DNA of 64,000 bases from Chiloscyllium plagiosum (lineage: Eukaryota). Within the stretch, counting starts at the first letter, position 1. Every line of letters begins with the position of its first letter. Below are positions 24,306 through 37,634 of the stretch, one piece after another. Under the pieces are notes generated by a model that ran no database searches, had not been told where the DNA came from, and was given only the letters and a program-made list of their open reading frames with translations. The DNA lies in the NCBI RefSeq assembly GCF_004010195.1, contig NC_057718.1:24004605-24068604 (forward strand), given 5' to 3'. The position numbers and the translations under genes were made by a program.

Positions 24306-26687
24306 CCTTCATGGGGCCTCCTAGCCCACCTGGTGCATGTGACCCCCCCCCCCCCCAAAAAAAAAGTCTGATCTGCACTGATTTGAGAAGCAGGTAAGTG
24401 GAGACTTGTTCTGGCACAGAGCCAGTTGAAACCAAGGCTCAGTCTCTTCTGCAGCTGGTGGCCAGTGCAGACCCTAATATTCTTTTATGCTAAATGTCCA
24501 TGTATGTGGGTGGCAACTTGATGCACTAAAGCAGTCACCAATCTAAGTGTCAAATTATTTAGATGCAGCACAACCTTGCCCTTCTCATGGAGTTCAGTCT
24601 GATAGTATTCATCGAGCGAGAGAGCCTAATTGTGAACATATTGTCAGGGTGCAATGGTTTCTGAGCAACAATGCATCAGTCTCTCAGTTCACCAACTACA
24701 CGAAAAGCAGAAAGAAGAATAATCTCTATTAAGCTCCAGCATGGAGTCTAAAAGTGTGATTAGTTCTAGAATCCGAAGACATTGCATTTTCTACTCTGAG
24801 TAATCTCAGTAACATGAACGATATTAGCTGTATCAGCAGGTTCCCATCTGCAAGTTGTTTTTGAGGGGGAACATATTTTTTCTTTTTGTTTTAAACAACC
24901 CCTTTCCCTTCAAAAGAAGAAGTGAGCTTCGGTGAAATTATCCCACTTTTTAACCCCCCCACACGCGCGCACACAGAAAAGCGGGATAAGCCAACAACTT
25001 AAAATAGAAATGCAAACTATTGAAAATGCTGGAAATATTCTGGGTCAGGCAGCATTGGTGAGGTGAAAAGTTAAAGTTAATGTTTCAGGTTCTGTGTTTT
25101 TTTTTCTTTCATCAGACCTCCATGCAAGGTCAAACACCTGGAAAATTAGCCTGTTTTTATTGCCACTGCTGCCTAACCTGCTGACTGTTTTTGGCATCCA
25201 CAGAACTTTTGCTTTTATTTAAGTGCAAGCTTGATTTTTGGTTAAATTTAAAATATATTTTAAGATATTTAAGGAGGGCCTAGCGGAAGAGCTGCCTGGA
25301 TCTTAGGATGCTGCAGGCAATTGACACGCAAAGGCGTTTTCTTTCTCCATCTTTTCTGATCCTCCATTGGTGTCTCTGGCAGCATTTGTATTAATTGCGC
25401 TTGAACTGAAGGACAGTAGAGGCCACTGAGTGGGCAGCCATTGCTGTGGGTCTGGAGTCACACTGGTAAGGATGGCAGATTGCCTTCCCTAATGGGCAGT
25501 CAAAAGCTAGATGAGGTTTTTTTTACTACAAATGGGAATGGGTGTAGTGGTTACTCTTACTGATCCCATAATTACTATCCCTTTATTCCAGAATTTATGA
25601 ATTAAATTCACATTCCACTTGACTGCTGTGGTGAGATTTGAATCTATGTCCCCAGTGCCTTGGTATGGGCTTGTGGATTCACAGTTAAATGACCTCACCA
25701 TTATACTACTACATTGCCCATTCATGTTACTGTGGAGTCTGTTGCAGTTGCTAACTCCACAAGTGCAACATGTGGCCTCACATTGTATGTAAAAGAACAA
25801 CTTCTGCCATGACCCAAGTCTAAAAATGTAATCTTGTAATTCTGGTTCCACACCCTTTAACCATGAGAAAATTTGTTTCTACCTACCTAAGCAATTGTTT
25901 CTATATTTCTAAATGGCTCATTCAAATCAGTGGTCTTGTCTGTTGCAACATAAATGCCCTTTGTTCACTTAAGCTGCTTTAACGGACTATATTGTTTTCA
26001 ATACAGTTTATTTTAGAACAGCGAAGAGCATTTAAGGCAAAACTAACACAGCTTTTTTTTTTGTTCACTTTATGCAATCATGCCTTTTTAGAGGAAATAA
26101 AAGGTAGGTATCCAAAACAGGTTCATAAATTGTTTTTGATTCACAGTCTGGCAGTTCATCTCTTGATCAAGGTGTGGGAGGAAATGTTTGAGGGGAAGAA
26201 TTATTCTTTGACATTTTTATTGATGTAAAAGTCAAAACTGCAATGATGCTGATGGTGAATGAGTCAGATTATGAGTAAGCAGTGACCCAGTGGGAGTCTC
26301 GTGCAAATAATAGCAGAGTGGTGTTGGGCCTGTTATTTGTCCAGATGCATGGTTCCCCACACATTGTGGTGACTGTATGGGCAAAACAGCAAGCTTCAGA
26401 ATGTAAATGAATTTCCCATGGGATGGTAGAACCTTGAATGGGGTACTTCTGGAGTATTAGAGCCACCTTCAGCTCTTAGAGAAAAGCTACCATTTCAAAT
26501 ATTACAGATTATTAGCGATACTGTTTTCACTACTTTAGTTGGAAACACGATTCCTCTGCATTTCTCCTGGCATCCCTTCAATTTCTTACTGTTCAACTTG
26601 TCAGGACAGTGAATCCTTAAAATAACAGATGGAAATTGAAACGTTCACTCTTCAGCTCTTCCCTGTTTTTCCACATTTTTTAATATT

Positions 26688-27006
26688 GGCACGGTGGCAC
26701 AGTGGTTAGCACTGCTGCCTCACAGCGCCAGAGACCCGGGTTCAACTCCCGCCTCAGGTAACTGTCTGTGTGGAGTTTGCACATTCTCCCCGTGTCTGCG
26801 TGGGTTTCCTCTGGGTGCTCCGGTTTCCTCCCACAGTCCAAAAATGTGCAGGTTAGGTGAATTGGCCATGCTAAATTGCCCGTAGTGTTAGGTGAAGGGG
26901 TAAATGTAGGAGTATGGGTCTGGGTGGTATACGCTTCGGCGGGTCGGTGTGGACTTGTTGGGCCGAAGGGCCTGTTTCCACACTGTAAGTAATCTAATCT
27001 AATCTA
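26688..27006 (+). mobile_element. HE1-type V-SINE, young
   Basis: Near-consensus A/B boxes, V domain, taatc tail. Confidence 0.92.
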
Positions 27007-27626
27007 TTCTTAACCAACATTTCCTTCAATATTTAGCAGTGTGGCCAATTCCTTCATTCTTGCTGGGCAGCTCCGATAGGTTTTAATGTGTTCCTACTTA
27101 CGTGCTGTGCTCAGCAAGAGACCGTGCTGGCTGGTGTCTTCCAAGCTATACCTTTGGCTGAATGCTCATACAGTTTTACTGAGCACATTGTTGCTAACTT
27201 TTTCTTAGGTGAAAATATTCTTGGTTTTTCCATTCAAACCCTTCATACCCTTCATTCATGATGTTCCCTCATAATCGCCTTCTGTAATCTGTCTGTTCAT
27301 GCTTCTTAATGTTGAGAGCTTAAAATAGGACACCAAAGATTTGAGTACCTGAATCTGTAGTTGCTCTGCACTTCCTTTATAAGTGTGCATTCTCTCCATA
27401 TTCTCTGTGCTGCTTTATGCCTCTGCATTAACATTCAGAGAACCCAATGAACTAATCTGTTTTCCCTCATTGTTGCATGCAGGTCACTTTGCATTAAACC
27501 ATGATTCTGATTTCATCTGCACATTTTGCAATATTTCCTACATGGCTATACAGAACCTGAACTCGACGTATAAAAACATGTATTAGGCCGAAAACCCCTT
27601 GAGCCTATTCTGCTGTTCATCAAGAT

Positions 27627-27954
27627 CAGATTAGATTCCCTACATTGCGGAAACAGGATCTTCAGTCCAATAAGTCCACACCAATTCTCTGAAAAATAAA
27701 CCACTCAGACTCATTCCCCTACTCTAGGTTTTACCCCTGACTAATGCACTAAACACTATGGGCAATTTAACATGGCCAATTCACCTGACCAGCGCACCTT
27801 TGGATTGTAGGAGAAACCAGAGCACCCGGAGGAAACCCACACAGGCACCGGGAGAATGTGCAAACTCCACACAGTCACCTGAGGCAGGAATCAAACCCGG
27901 GTCTCTGGCGCTGTGAGGCAGCAGTGCTAACCACTGTGCCACCGTGACGCCCCC
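27627..27954 (-). mobile_element. HE1-type V-SINE
   Basis: Reverse complement of the family (gattagatt tail left, gcagtgctaaccactgtgccaccgtg head right). Confidence 0.9.
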
Positions 27955-29897
27955 TGATTATGGCTGAATAACTACCGCAGCTCTGTTTTCTCGTCCTCTC
28001 TCTAATTATCAAGCGTTTTGAGTTCCTTGGTACCCAAAGTTCTGTCCATCTGTCTTTCGCATACCCATTTACTATTTGCAGTCCTCTAGGACAGAAAATA
28101 TCAACAGTTCATAACCCTTGCACTTAATGTTTTGATTTACTCCATGAAAAGATGCATCATCTTGGAACCAATGCTGTTCAGACCCATCAGATTATATTGC
28201 ATCAATAAGCTTGTTTCTTATTGTTTCAAACTCAAATGAGCATAATCCCAACTTGCTCAGACTTCCTTCCATAGGACTATCACCTTCATCCCAGTAATAA
28301 GTCCAGTGAGCCTTCTCTAAACTACTTGCAATGCAAGTATATTCCTCGTTTAAATAAGGAGAATAAAACACTAGATGTGCTCTCACCAAATGCCTTGTAA
28401 ATTTTGGAGCACCTCTTTTTAAAAAAAATTTAACTTTTAGCTTTTGTTTTTTTTTTAAAAAAAATTAAATGTCTCAGTGACATCAGAACTTCCACTAGTT
28501 TCACATTTGAGCTGGATAATTTCTGCCATCTGTCATCATTTGTATGAAGGCCAATTGCACTTCTGGTGTGAGTCAGCAGTTTGTTTACTTCAATCTATAA
28601 TGGTCAAGATGCACTTTCTCTGTAGTGGATATCTGAACAAGACCAAACACTATCCTTCTCCCTCTTGAACAAGTTTTGAATTTCATGTAGTTTGCCATTT
28701 CAGCTATCCTTCTCGTTCTCATTTCAACCCTTGCATAGCTCCAAACAATGATTTTTTTAAAATATAAATCGTGACCTTGAAATTTATGCATTTTCAGACT
28801 TTTTTTCTGCCAATTGTCGCTACTTGAGATTCATTCTCAATTGCACATTCCATTGCACTCCTTCATGTTTTTCATTACATTTGCTTCGCTCTTTGTCTTT
28901 CTAAAATCCTTTTCAAGACCGAATGAACAGTCCTTTGTATATCCCACAATGTATCTTAATCTCTTTGTAATGTGTAGCAAATGATGTTCCAGAATGCAGT
29001 GATCGTGACCTATTGCAAAACTGTGACCTCTGGAAGGTCTAAAGCCTTCAATGTGTTGAGGTGTAGCAGATGAATGATGTGAACAGCCAGGAGTTTATAG
29101 ATTCATAAATGATACCTGTACATTTACACAAAGTGGTGTGTGTGTCTCCATTTCATTATGCATGGTTTATTGTCAAAGTAACTTGGCAGCAAAGCTTTTG
29201 GTTTTAAACCAGAGGAGGTTTGTTGATTACAAAACCCAGCAGTAAGTTAACTTGAGTGATAGTAATAAAATCACCAACTAATTTTAAATGCAAATGATAA
29301 GAGATGATTAGCTCCCCTTTGACCACCTTGTGATCAGTTTAAGCAAGAAGTTAACTTCCATTATAGCACATAACTATTACTTGTGAATTAAACTTACTTA
29401 AGCCAGTTTTAAAGTGAAAGAGCACCACTTCTAAGGTTCCTTGAATGATGAGAATGGAATTTTATTTATTAACCTAAGAAAATGTGACCCTAAACATGTA
29501 CACAAGTAATGACCTTAAAAAGGAGAGGCAGGAGGATGGGCGTCTATACCAACAGGAAGTTTCACTTTAAAGTTGTAAGGGCTTTGTTGAGTTGGGAAGA
29601 ATGAAAACTGAGCAAAACTAGGCATAGCTGCTGAATTCTTTCCTCCGGCTTGACAAAGTTTGTAGATAATCTTGAGCTTATGCTAAAGGATTGTTGGTTT
29701 AAACTTGCTTTTCGCTCATCACTGACTGTGTTTGGCTTGATGAGAGAAAGTGAGCGCCTTCTTAGTCCTTACTTATAAAACAATTGTTCCTTGTATCTGA
29801 CCTCCGACATAGACCTGTTTTTATTTTCCTGAGTCTGTGTTATTGTTCTAAACTAAATAGTCCACAGTTAAACTTGCTGGAAGTTAGAAATGGAGAT

Positions 29898-30203
29898 GAT
29901 TAGATTCCCTACAGTGTAGAAACAGGCCCTTCGGCCCAACCAGTCCACACTGACCCACCGAACAGTAACCCACCCAGACCCATTTTGCTCTGACTAATGC
30001 ACCTAACACTGTGGGCAATTTAGCATGGCCAATTCACCTGACCTGCACATCTTTGGACTGTGGGAGGAAACTGGACCACCCAGAGGAAACCCACGCAGAC
30101 ACTGGGAGAATGTGCAAATTCCACACAGACCGTCACCCAAGGCTGGAATCAAACCTGGTACCCTGGTGCTGAGGCAACAGTGCTAACCGCTGAGCCACCA
30201 TGC
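29898..30203 (-). mobile_element. HE1-type V-SINE
   Basis: Reverse complement of the family with V domain and tRNA head. Confidence 0.9.
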
Positions 30204-30309
30204 TGAGATAAAAGGTGTGAATGAACTTATAAATAGCGGTTTGAGTTTGCCCTTCTGCAACACTGTTAATTTAGGCTCAGACTGATCCTTATTGACATAT
30301 GGTTTCATA

Positions 30310-31064
30310 TAGAGTCATTGAGATGTACAGCATGGAAACAGACCCTTCGGTCCAACCCATCCATGCCGACCAGATATCCCAACCCAGTCTAGTCCCACCT
30401 GCCCGAGGACCTTACCATTAAGTGTATAAGTCCTGCTAAGATTTGCTTTCCCAAAATGCAGGACCTCGCATTTATCTGAATTAAACTCCATCTGCCACTT
30501 CTCAGCCCATTGGCCCATCTGGTCCAGATCCTATTGTAATCTGAGGTAACCTTCTTCGCTGCACTTCTGGAGTGTTGCTGAACAAAGAGACCTTGGAGTG
30601 CAGGTTCATAGCTCCTTGAAAGTGGAGTCGCAGGTAGATAGGATAGTGAAGGNNNNNNNNNNNNNNNNNNNNNNNNNNNNNNNNNNNNNNNNNNNNNNNN
30701 NNNNNNNNNNNNNNNNNNNNNNNNNNNNNNNNNNNNNNNNNNNNNNNNNNNNNNNNNNNNNNNNNNNNNNNNNNNNNNNNACTAGAGGGCATAGGTTTAG
30801 GGTGAGAGGGGAAAGATATAAAAGAGACCTAAGGGGCAACTTTTTCACACAGAGGGTGTTACGTGTTTCGAATGAGCTGCCAGAGGAAGTGGAGGCTGAT
30901 ACAATTGCAACATTTAAGAGGCATTTGGATGGGTATATGAATAGGAAGGGTTTGGAGGGATATGGGCTGGGTGCTGGCAGGTGGGACTAGATTGGGATAT
31001 CTGGTCAGCATGGATGGGTTGGACTGAAGGGTCTGTTTCCATGCTGTACATCTCTATGACTCTA
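30310..31064. mobile_element. Rearranged young CR1 insertion with 5' inversion and a 3' end at both termini
   Basis: 30310-30403 minus 3' tail; 30404-~30561 minus internal RT piece; 30569-31064 plus strand to the 3' tail; N gap 30653-30780. Confidence 0.85.
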
Positions 31065-32114
31065 AGTGATAGCAGCTTGTTTAGGCTAGTACTTTTCCTT
31101 TTTAAAACCAGTTCTTCCCATCCTTGAAATACCTTGGATTTTAAAACCGTCGTCTTTATTGAGAAATATTAGTTTATTTCTACTGTGATTGTAACACTTG
31201 AGTACAAACCAGGAACAAAAGCAGATCAAGTTAAGACTATTTTATGAAGATGGAATTCCACCTAGTCCATTTTAAGATATCATTGCACATAGTTTGTTGT
31301 TGAAGAATTTTTAGTTTGGAGTGAAGGGTTCTGATGGCCTCTGTAGTCAAATAGTCAGTTTGTCTTTTTAGGTACACAAAGTAGACTAATCTCTGGGTAA
31401 AGTTACATTTTTACCTTTTTTATTGGTTCTGCTGGCATGACACTAAAACTCCCTGAATTCCTTTCTACAACAAGGTGGGAGTTATTTCTGGTAGACTCCT
31501 CCATGACACTTGATAGCAGAGAAGAATAGATTAAAGACACATAAAAAGATGTCAAGGTATCTGCTCAAACTTCATTTTGAAAAGTACTTATAAACACCAG
31601 GTAGAGATTGGAAAGAAAAAAGCTGTGTTGCCAATGATCTTAGAAATCTAGAATGTCATAACTCGTAATAACTAGAAACCTGGAAAGCATGGGACTTGAA
31701 CTTGGTTCTCGCAAATTACTGTTAAGTTTATTTTCATTTAAATAATTTACTTTTACCAGCTTGATGTCAACTTATAAAGGATGTAATAACAGCATTTATA
31801 AATACACTATCTAATCCAGCAGAATCATAATGGCTTTATTTAAGGAGAAAGCTTGATTGACAAGTTCAAGTTCTTTGAGACGGTAGCACACAGCATAGAA
31901 GTGGAATTCAGTAGATGTAAATGTTTTGGATTTCCAAAACTGGGTTAGACAAGGCACTGCATAAAAGGCTACTCAAGAGAAAAACCTGTCATGTTGGATG
32001 TAGTAAATTAACCTGGATAGAGGATTGGCTAACAAATAGATGGATAGTTGGGAGCATTTTCAGGATATCAACCTCGTGGGATGCCATAGTAATCAATGCT
32101 GGCACTACAATTAC

Positions 32115-33318
32115 ATGGAGGTGCCGGTGTTGGACGAGGGTGGACAAAGTTTAAAAATCACACAACACCTGGTTATAGTCCAACAGGTTCATTTGGGAGG
32201 ACAAGCTTTCAGAGTGCTTCTCCTTTTGTCAGGCAGCTAGTGGGACAGGATCATAGGACACAGAATTTATAGTAAAAGATCATGTTTCATATAACTTATA
32301 CGATATATTGAACAAGCCTAGATTGCTGTTAAATCTTTCACCTTTTAGAATGGGGTTGCAGGTTTTGGTTCATTGTATGCAAGTCCCAGAACTACTTTTA
32401 AGTCACATTCCCAAGTTAACTTAAGGTTTCATATTTAAAAAGGTGACATCTCAGCTCAAACAATGGATTAAAGTTGTGAAGTTAGAGTCTGTATGTATTC
32501 CAGTCTTGAGTCAGACTGGTTCTATTTACAAAGTAGAAATTTATGAAATATCACATGGACACACTCTCTTCCTCCCTCACATGAGTGCACACACACTTAT
32601 AAGTCTTTGGGATCAATGTGCATTTGCAGACTTGTTTTGCAGGTACATTCTATTTTGTTCAAAAAGCACACTATCTGTAGGCAGTCAGTCCATGTGACAT
32701 TTTATAAATTCCTACTTTGGAACTAGAACCAGTCTGACTGAAGACTGGAATACAGACAGACTTTAACCTCACACTTTTTAATGCATTGTGTGAGCTGAGA
32801 TGTCATCTTTTTTATAAAACTTTAAGTGATCTTGAGAATGTAACTTGAAAGAAGTTGCGGTATTTACATATTAATGAATCGAAACCAAAGACTTAACAGC
32901 AGTCTAGGTTTGTTCAATACATTGCATCAGTTGTATGACTCTATGACCTTTTGCTATAAATTCTGTGTCCTATGATCCTGCCCCACTAAGTACCGAATGG
33001 AGCAGCGCTCTGAAAGCTCCAAATAATTCTAAAAATCTCACAATATCAGGTTATAGTCCAACAGGTTTATTTGGAAGCACTAGCTTTGGAGCGCTGCTCC
33101 TTCATCAGGTGGTTGTGGAGTATATGATATACTCCAGAGGATATACTCCACAACCACCTGATGAAGGAGCAGCACTCTGAAAGCTAGTGCTTCCAAATAA
33201 ACCTGTTGGACTATAACCTGGAGTTGTGATTTTTAACTTTGTGCACCCCTGTCTGACAGTGGCATCTCCAAACCAAACAAATCTGTTGGGCTATAACCTG
33301 GTGTTGTGATTTTTAACT
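32115..33318. mobile_element. Non-coding palindromic PLE-derived element with a nested mini-palindrome (33031-33270)
   Basis: Arms ~32150-32560 and ~32687-33025 plus 33276-33318 are reverse complements. Imperfect TSD ACTACAATTAC (32104-32114) / ACTGCAATTAC (33316-33326). Confidence 0.85.
33155..33189 (+). ncRNA. Minimal type I hammerhead ribozyme motif
   Basis: CAC CUGAUGA A GGAG CAGCA CUCU GAAA GCUA GUG: intact core, stem I CAC/GUG, stem II GGAG/CUCU, palindromic AGCU in place of helix III, CUA cleavage triplet. Confidence 0.65.
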
Positions 33319-33857
33319 GCAATTACTGACAATGTTAATAACTTGGATGAAGATAGATAATGTGCTACTACCAAGTTTGCATATGACACAAATAGATGGT
33401 AAGGCAAGAGGTGATAACTGTATTCTTCTGTCGACTGGCAGCTTAAGTGAGTGGGCAAAGACTTGTCAGATGGAATATAATGTGGCAAAATGAGAGGTTA
33501 TGTACTTCCTCAGGAAGAATAGAGGAGCGGAACATTATTTAAACACCAGAGGAGGCTGCGACATAGAGGACTTTGGAGATCCTTGTGCAGAAATCACAAC
33601 AAAGGCAGCATCCAAGTTCAGCAGGGAATGGAAACCCAAATGAAATGTGGCCTTTTTCTCTCAAAATGTGCAGAACATAGGGAAATCCTACTGAAACTAC
33701 ACAAAACTCTATTTAGATAACACCTAGAATACCGTGAACAGCTTTGGTTCTCTCACCTGAGTAAGGATAAGCCAGCTTTGGAGATTGTCCAGACAAAGTT
33801 CATGATATTGATCCTGGGAATGGAGGGTTTGTTTCATGTGAAGATGTTAAGTAAGTT

Positions 33858-36800
33858 TAGAGAGAGTTTACAGGTTACTGAGGATTATATGTGCAATAAA
33901 TGCTGTTGGTTGCGAATCCAATCAGATCAAATGGATTGGTTGGAGAGACCGTTAGAGGCAATGACGAATTTGCAAGAGCAAGGGGATGTGATGGATGGCA
34001 GTTATAGAAAGGGGGAAAAGTCACAGATACAGTTGCATAGATGGGTTAACACCAGAAAAGTTGAGAGGTAGGCAGTTTGTGCAGGAGTCGTCTGTGGCTG
34101 TCCCCATTTCAAATAAGTACGCAGTTTTGAAAGATGTAGGTGGTGATGGATTCTCAGGGAACATAGTACGAACAGCCAGGTTTCTGGTATTGAGACTGAC
34201 TCTAATGCAATGAGGAGTATGTCGGGTTCCAAGAGATAGATTTGTATTAGGGGACACTCTAGTCCGAGGCACAGACAGACGTTTCTGTGGCCAGCAGCGA
34301 AAATCAGAATAGTGTGTTGCTTCCCTGGTGCCAGGATCAAGGATGTCTCTGAGAGGGTGCAGAATGTTCTCAAGGGGGAGAGGGGCCAGCGGAGGTCATT
34401 GTACACATTGGAACCAACAACATAGGAAGGGAAAAGGATGAGATTCTGAAGGGAGATTATAGAGAGTTAGGCAGGGATTTTAAAAGGAGGTCCTCGAGAG
34501 TAGTAATATTTGGATTACTCCCAGTGCTGTGAGCTAGTGAGGGCAGGAATAGGAGGATAGAGCTGACGAATGCATGGCTGATCATTGGAAGCCCTTTTCG
34601 GGTAGAAGTGACCCTTACAGGAAGGACAGATTGCATCTAAATTGGAAGGGGGCGAATATACTGGCAGGAAGATTTGTTAGAGCTGCTCTGGAGGATTTAA
34701 ACTAGTAAGGTGGGGCGGGGGGGACCCAGGGAGATAGTGAGGAAAGAGATCAATCTGAAACTGGTATGGTTGAGAACAAAGGCGAATCAAACAGTTCGGG
34801 ACAAAGTGGAGAACGAGGTAGGACTGATAAGCTAAACGGCATTTATTTCAATGCAAAAGGCCTAACAGGGAAGGAAGGTGAACTCAGGGCATGGTTATGA
34901 ATGTGGGACTGGGATATCATAGCAATTACAGAAACATGGCTCAGGGATGGACAGGACTGGCAGCTTAATGTTCCAGGATACAAATGCTACAGGAAGGATA
35001 GAAAGGGAGGCAAGAGAGGAGGGGAGTGGCATTTTTGATAAGGGATAGCATTACGGCTGTACTGAGAGAGGATATTCCCAGAAATACATCCAGGAAAGTT
35101 ATTTGGGTGGAACTGAGGAATAAGAAAGGGATGAACACCTTATTGGGATTGTATTACAGACTCCCTAATAGTTAGAGGGAAATTGAGAAACAGATCTCAG
35201 TTACCTGTAAGAATAATAGGGTGGTTATGGTAAGGGATTTTAACTTTCCAAACATAGACTGGGACTGCTTAGTGTTAAGGGTTTAAATGGAGAGGAATTT
35301 AAGTGTGTACAAGAAAGTTTTCTGGTTCAGTATGTGGATGTACCTACTAGAGAAGGTGTAAAACTTGACCTAGTCTTGGGAAATAAGGTGAGGAAGGTGA
35401 CTGGGGTATCAGTGGGGGAGCACTTCGGGGTCAGCAACCATAATTCTATTAGTTTTAAAATAGTGATGGAAAAGGATAGACCTGATCGAAAAGTTGAAGT
35501 TTTAAATTGGAGAAAGGCCAATTTTGACGGTATTAGGCAAGAACTTTCAAAAGCTGATTGGGGGCAGATGTTCGCAGGTAAAGGGATGGCTGGAAAATGG
35601 GAAGCCTTCAGAAATAAGATAATGAGAGTCCAGAGAATGTATATTCCTGTTGGGGTGAAAGGAAGGGCTGGTAGGTATAGAGTGTTCTGGATGACTAAAG
35701 AAATTGAGTGTTTGGTTACGAAAAAGAAGGAAGCATATGTCAGGTATAGACAGGATAGATCAAGTGAATCCTTAGAGTATAAAGGCAGTAGGCGTATACT
35801 GAAGAGAAATCAGGAGGGCAAAAAGGAGACATGAGATAGCTTTGGCAAATAGAGTTAAGGAAAATCCAAAGGGTCTTTACAAATACATTAGGGACAAAAG
35901 GGTCACTAGGGAGAGAATAGGACCCCTCAAAGATCAGCAAGGCGGCCTTTGTGTGGAGCAACAGGAGATGGGGGAGATACTAAACGAGTATTTTGCATAG
36001 TATGTTATGTGGAAAAGGACATAGAAGGTATAGAATGTAGGAAATAGATGGTGACATCTTGAAAAATGTCTATATTACAGAGGAGGCAGTACTGGATGTC
36101 TTGAAACAGGTAAAAGTGGATAAATCCCCAGGACCTGATCAGGTGTACCCTAGAACTTTGTGGGAAGCTCGAAGTATTTGCTGGGCCTCTTACAAATATT
36201 GATAGTCACAGGTGAGATGTTGGAAGACTGGAAGTTGGCTAATGTGGTGCCACTGTTTAATGGAAGGTGGTAAGGAAAAGCCAGGGAACTATAAACCAGT
36301 GAGCTTGACGTCAGTGGTGGGCAAGTTTTTGGTGGGAATCCTAAGGGGCAGGATGAACATGTACTTGGAAAGGCAAGGATTGATGAGGTATAGTCAACAT
36401 GGCTTTGTGTGTGGGAAAGCATGTCTCATAAACTTGATTGAGTTTTTTGAGGAAGTAACAAAGAGGATTGATGAGGGCAGAGTGGTGGATGTGCTCTATA
36501 TGGATTTCAGTAAGGCGTTTGGCAAGTTCCATAATGGAAACTGGTTAGCAAGGTTAGATCTCGTGGAATACGGGAAGAACTATCCATTTGCACACAGAAT
36601 TGGCTTGAAGGTAGAAGACAGAGGGTGGTGGTGGAGAGTTGTTTTTCAGACCAGTGGAGTGGCACAAGGATCGGTGCTGGGTCCACTACTTTTTGTCATT
36701 TATATAAATGATTTGGATGTGAAAGTAGGAGGTATAGTTAGTAAGTTTGCAGATGACACCAAAATTGGAGGTGTAGTGGACAGCGAGGAAGGTTACCTCA

Positions 36801-37634
36801 AATTACAATGGGATCTTGATCAGACCAGTGGGCTGAGGAGTGGCAGATGGAGTTTAATTTAGATCAATGTTAGGGACTGCATTTTGGAAAAACAAATCAA
36901 GGCAGGACTTATACACGTAATGGTAAGGTCCTAGGGAGTGTTGCTGAACAAAGAGACCTTGGAGTGCAGGTTCATAGCTCCTTGAAAATGGAATTGCAGG
37001 ATAGTGAAGAAGGTGTTTGGTATGCTTTCTTTTATTGGTCAGAGTACTGAGTACTGGAGTTGGGAGGTCATGTTGCGGCTGTACAGGACATTGGTTTGGC
37101 CACTTTTGGAATATTGCATGCAGTTCTGGTCTCCTTATCAGAAGGATGTTGTGAAACTTGAAAGGATTCAGAAAAGATGTTGCCAGGGTTGGAGGATTTG
37201 AGCTATAGGGAGAGGTTGAACACTGGGGCTGCTTTCCCTTGGGCATTGGATGCTGAGGGGTGATCTTATAAAAGTTTGTAAAATCATGAGGGTCATGGAT
37301 AGGATAAACAGACAGTCTTTTCCCTGGGGTGGGGGAGTCCAGAACTACTGGGCATAGGGTTAGGGTGAAAGGGGAAAGATATAAAAGAGACCTAAGGGGC
37401 AACATTTTCATGCAGAGGGTGGTATGTGTATGGAATGAGCTGCCAGAGGAAGTGGTGGAGGCTAGTATAATTGCAGTATTTAAAAGGCATCTGAATGGGT
37501 ATATGAATAGGAAGGGTTTGGAGGGATATGGGCTGGTTGCTGGCAGGTGGGACTAGATTGGGTTGGGATATCTTGTCGGCATGGACAAGTTGGACGGAAG
37601 GGTCTCTTTCTGTGCTGTACGTCTCTGTGACTCT
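33858..37634 (+). mobile_element. Near full-length young CR1-clade LINE, inactivated by frameshifts and stops
   Basis: ORF1 remnants (DYMCNKC; esterase-type VCCFPGARIKDVSERVQNVL, HIGTN, DRLHLN), APE endonuclease (YFNAKGL...WDIIAITETW near 34845-34940), RT (QGSVLGPLLFVIYINDLD, KFADDTK), 3' tail; TAAGTT repeated at 33852-33857 and 37634-37639. Confidence 0.92.

Noticed and set aside
33858..37634. Possibly active LINE
   Set aside because: Multiple frameshifts and stops in ORF1 and ORF2, and the 5' end appears to be missing.
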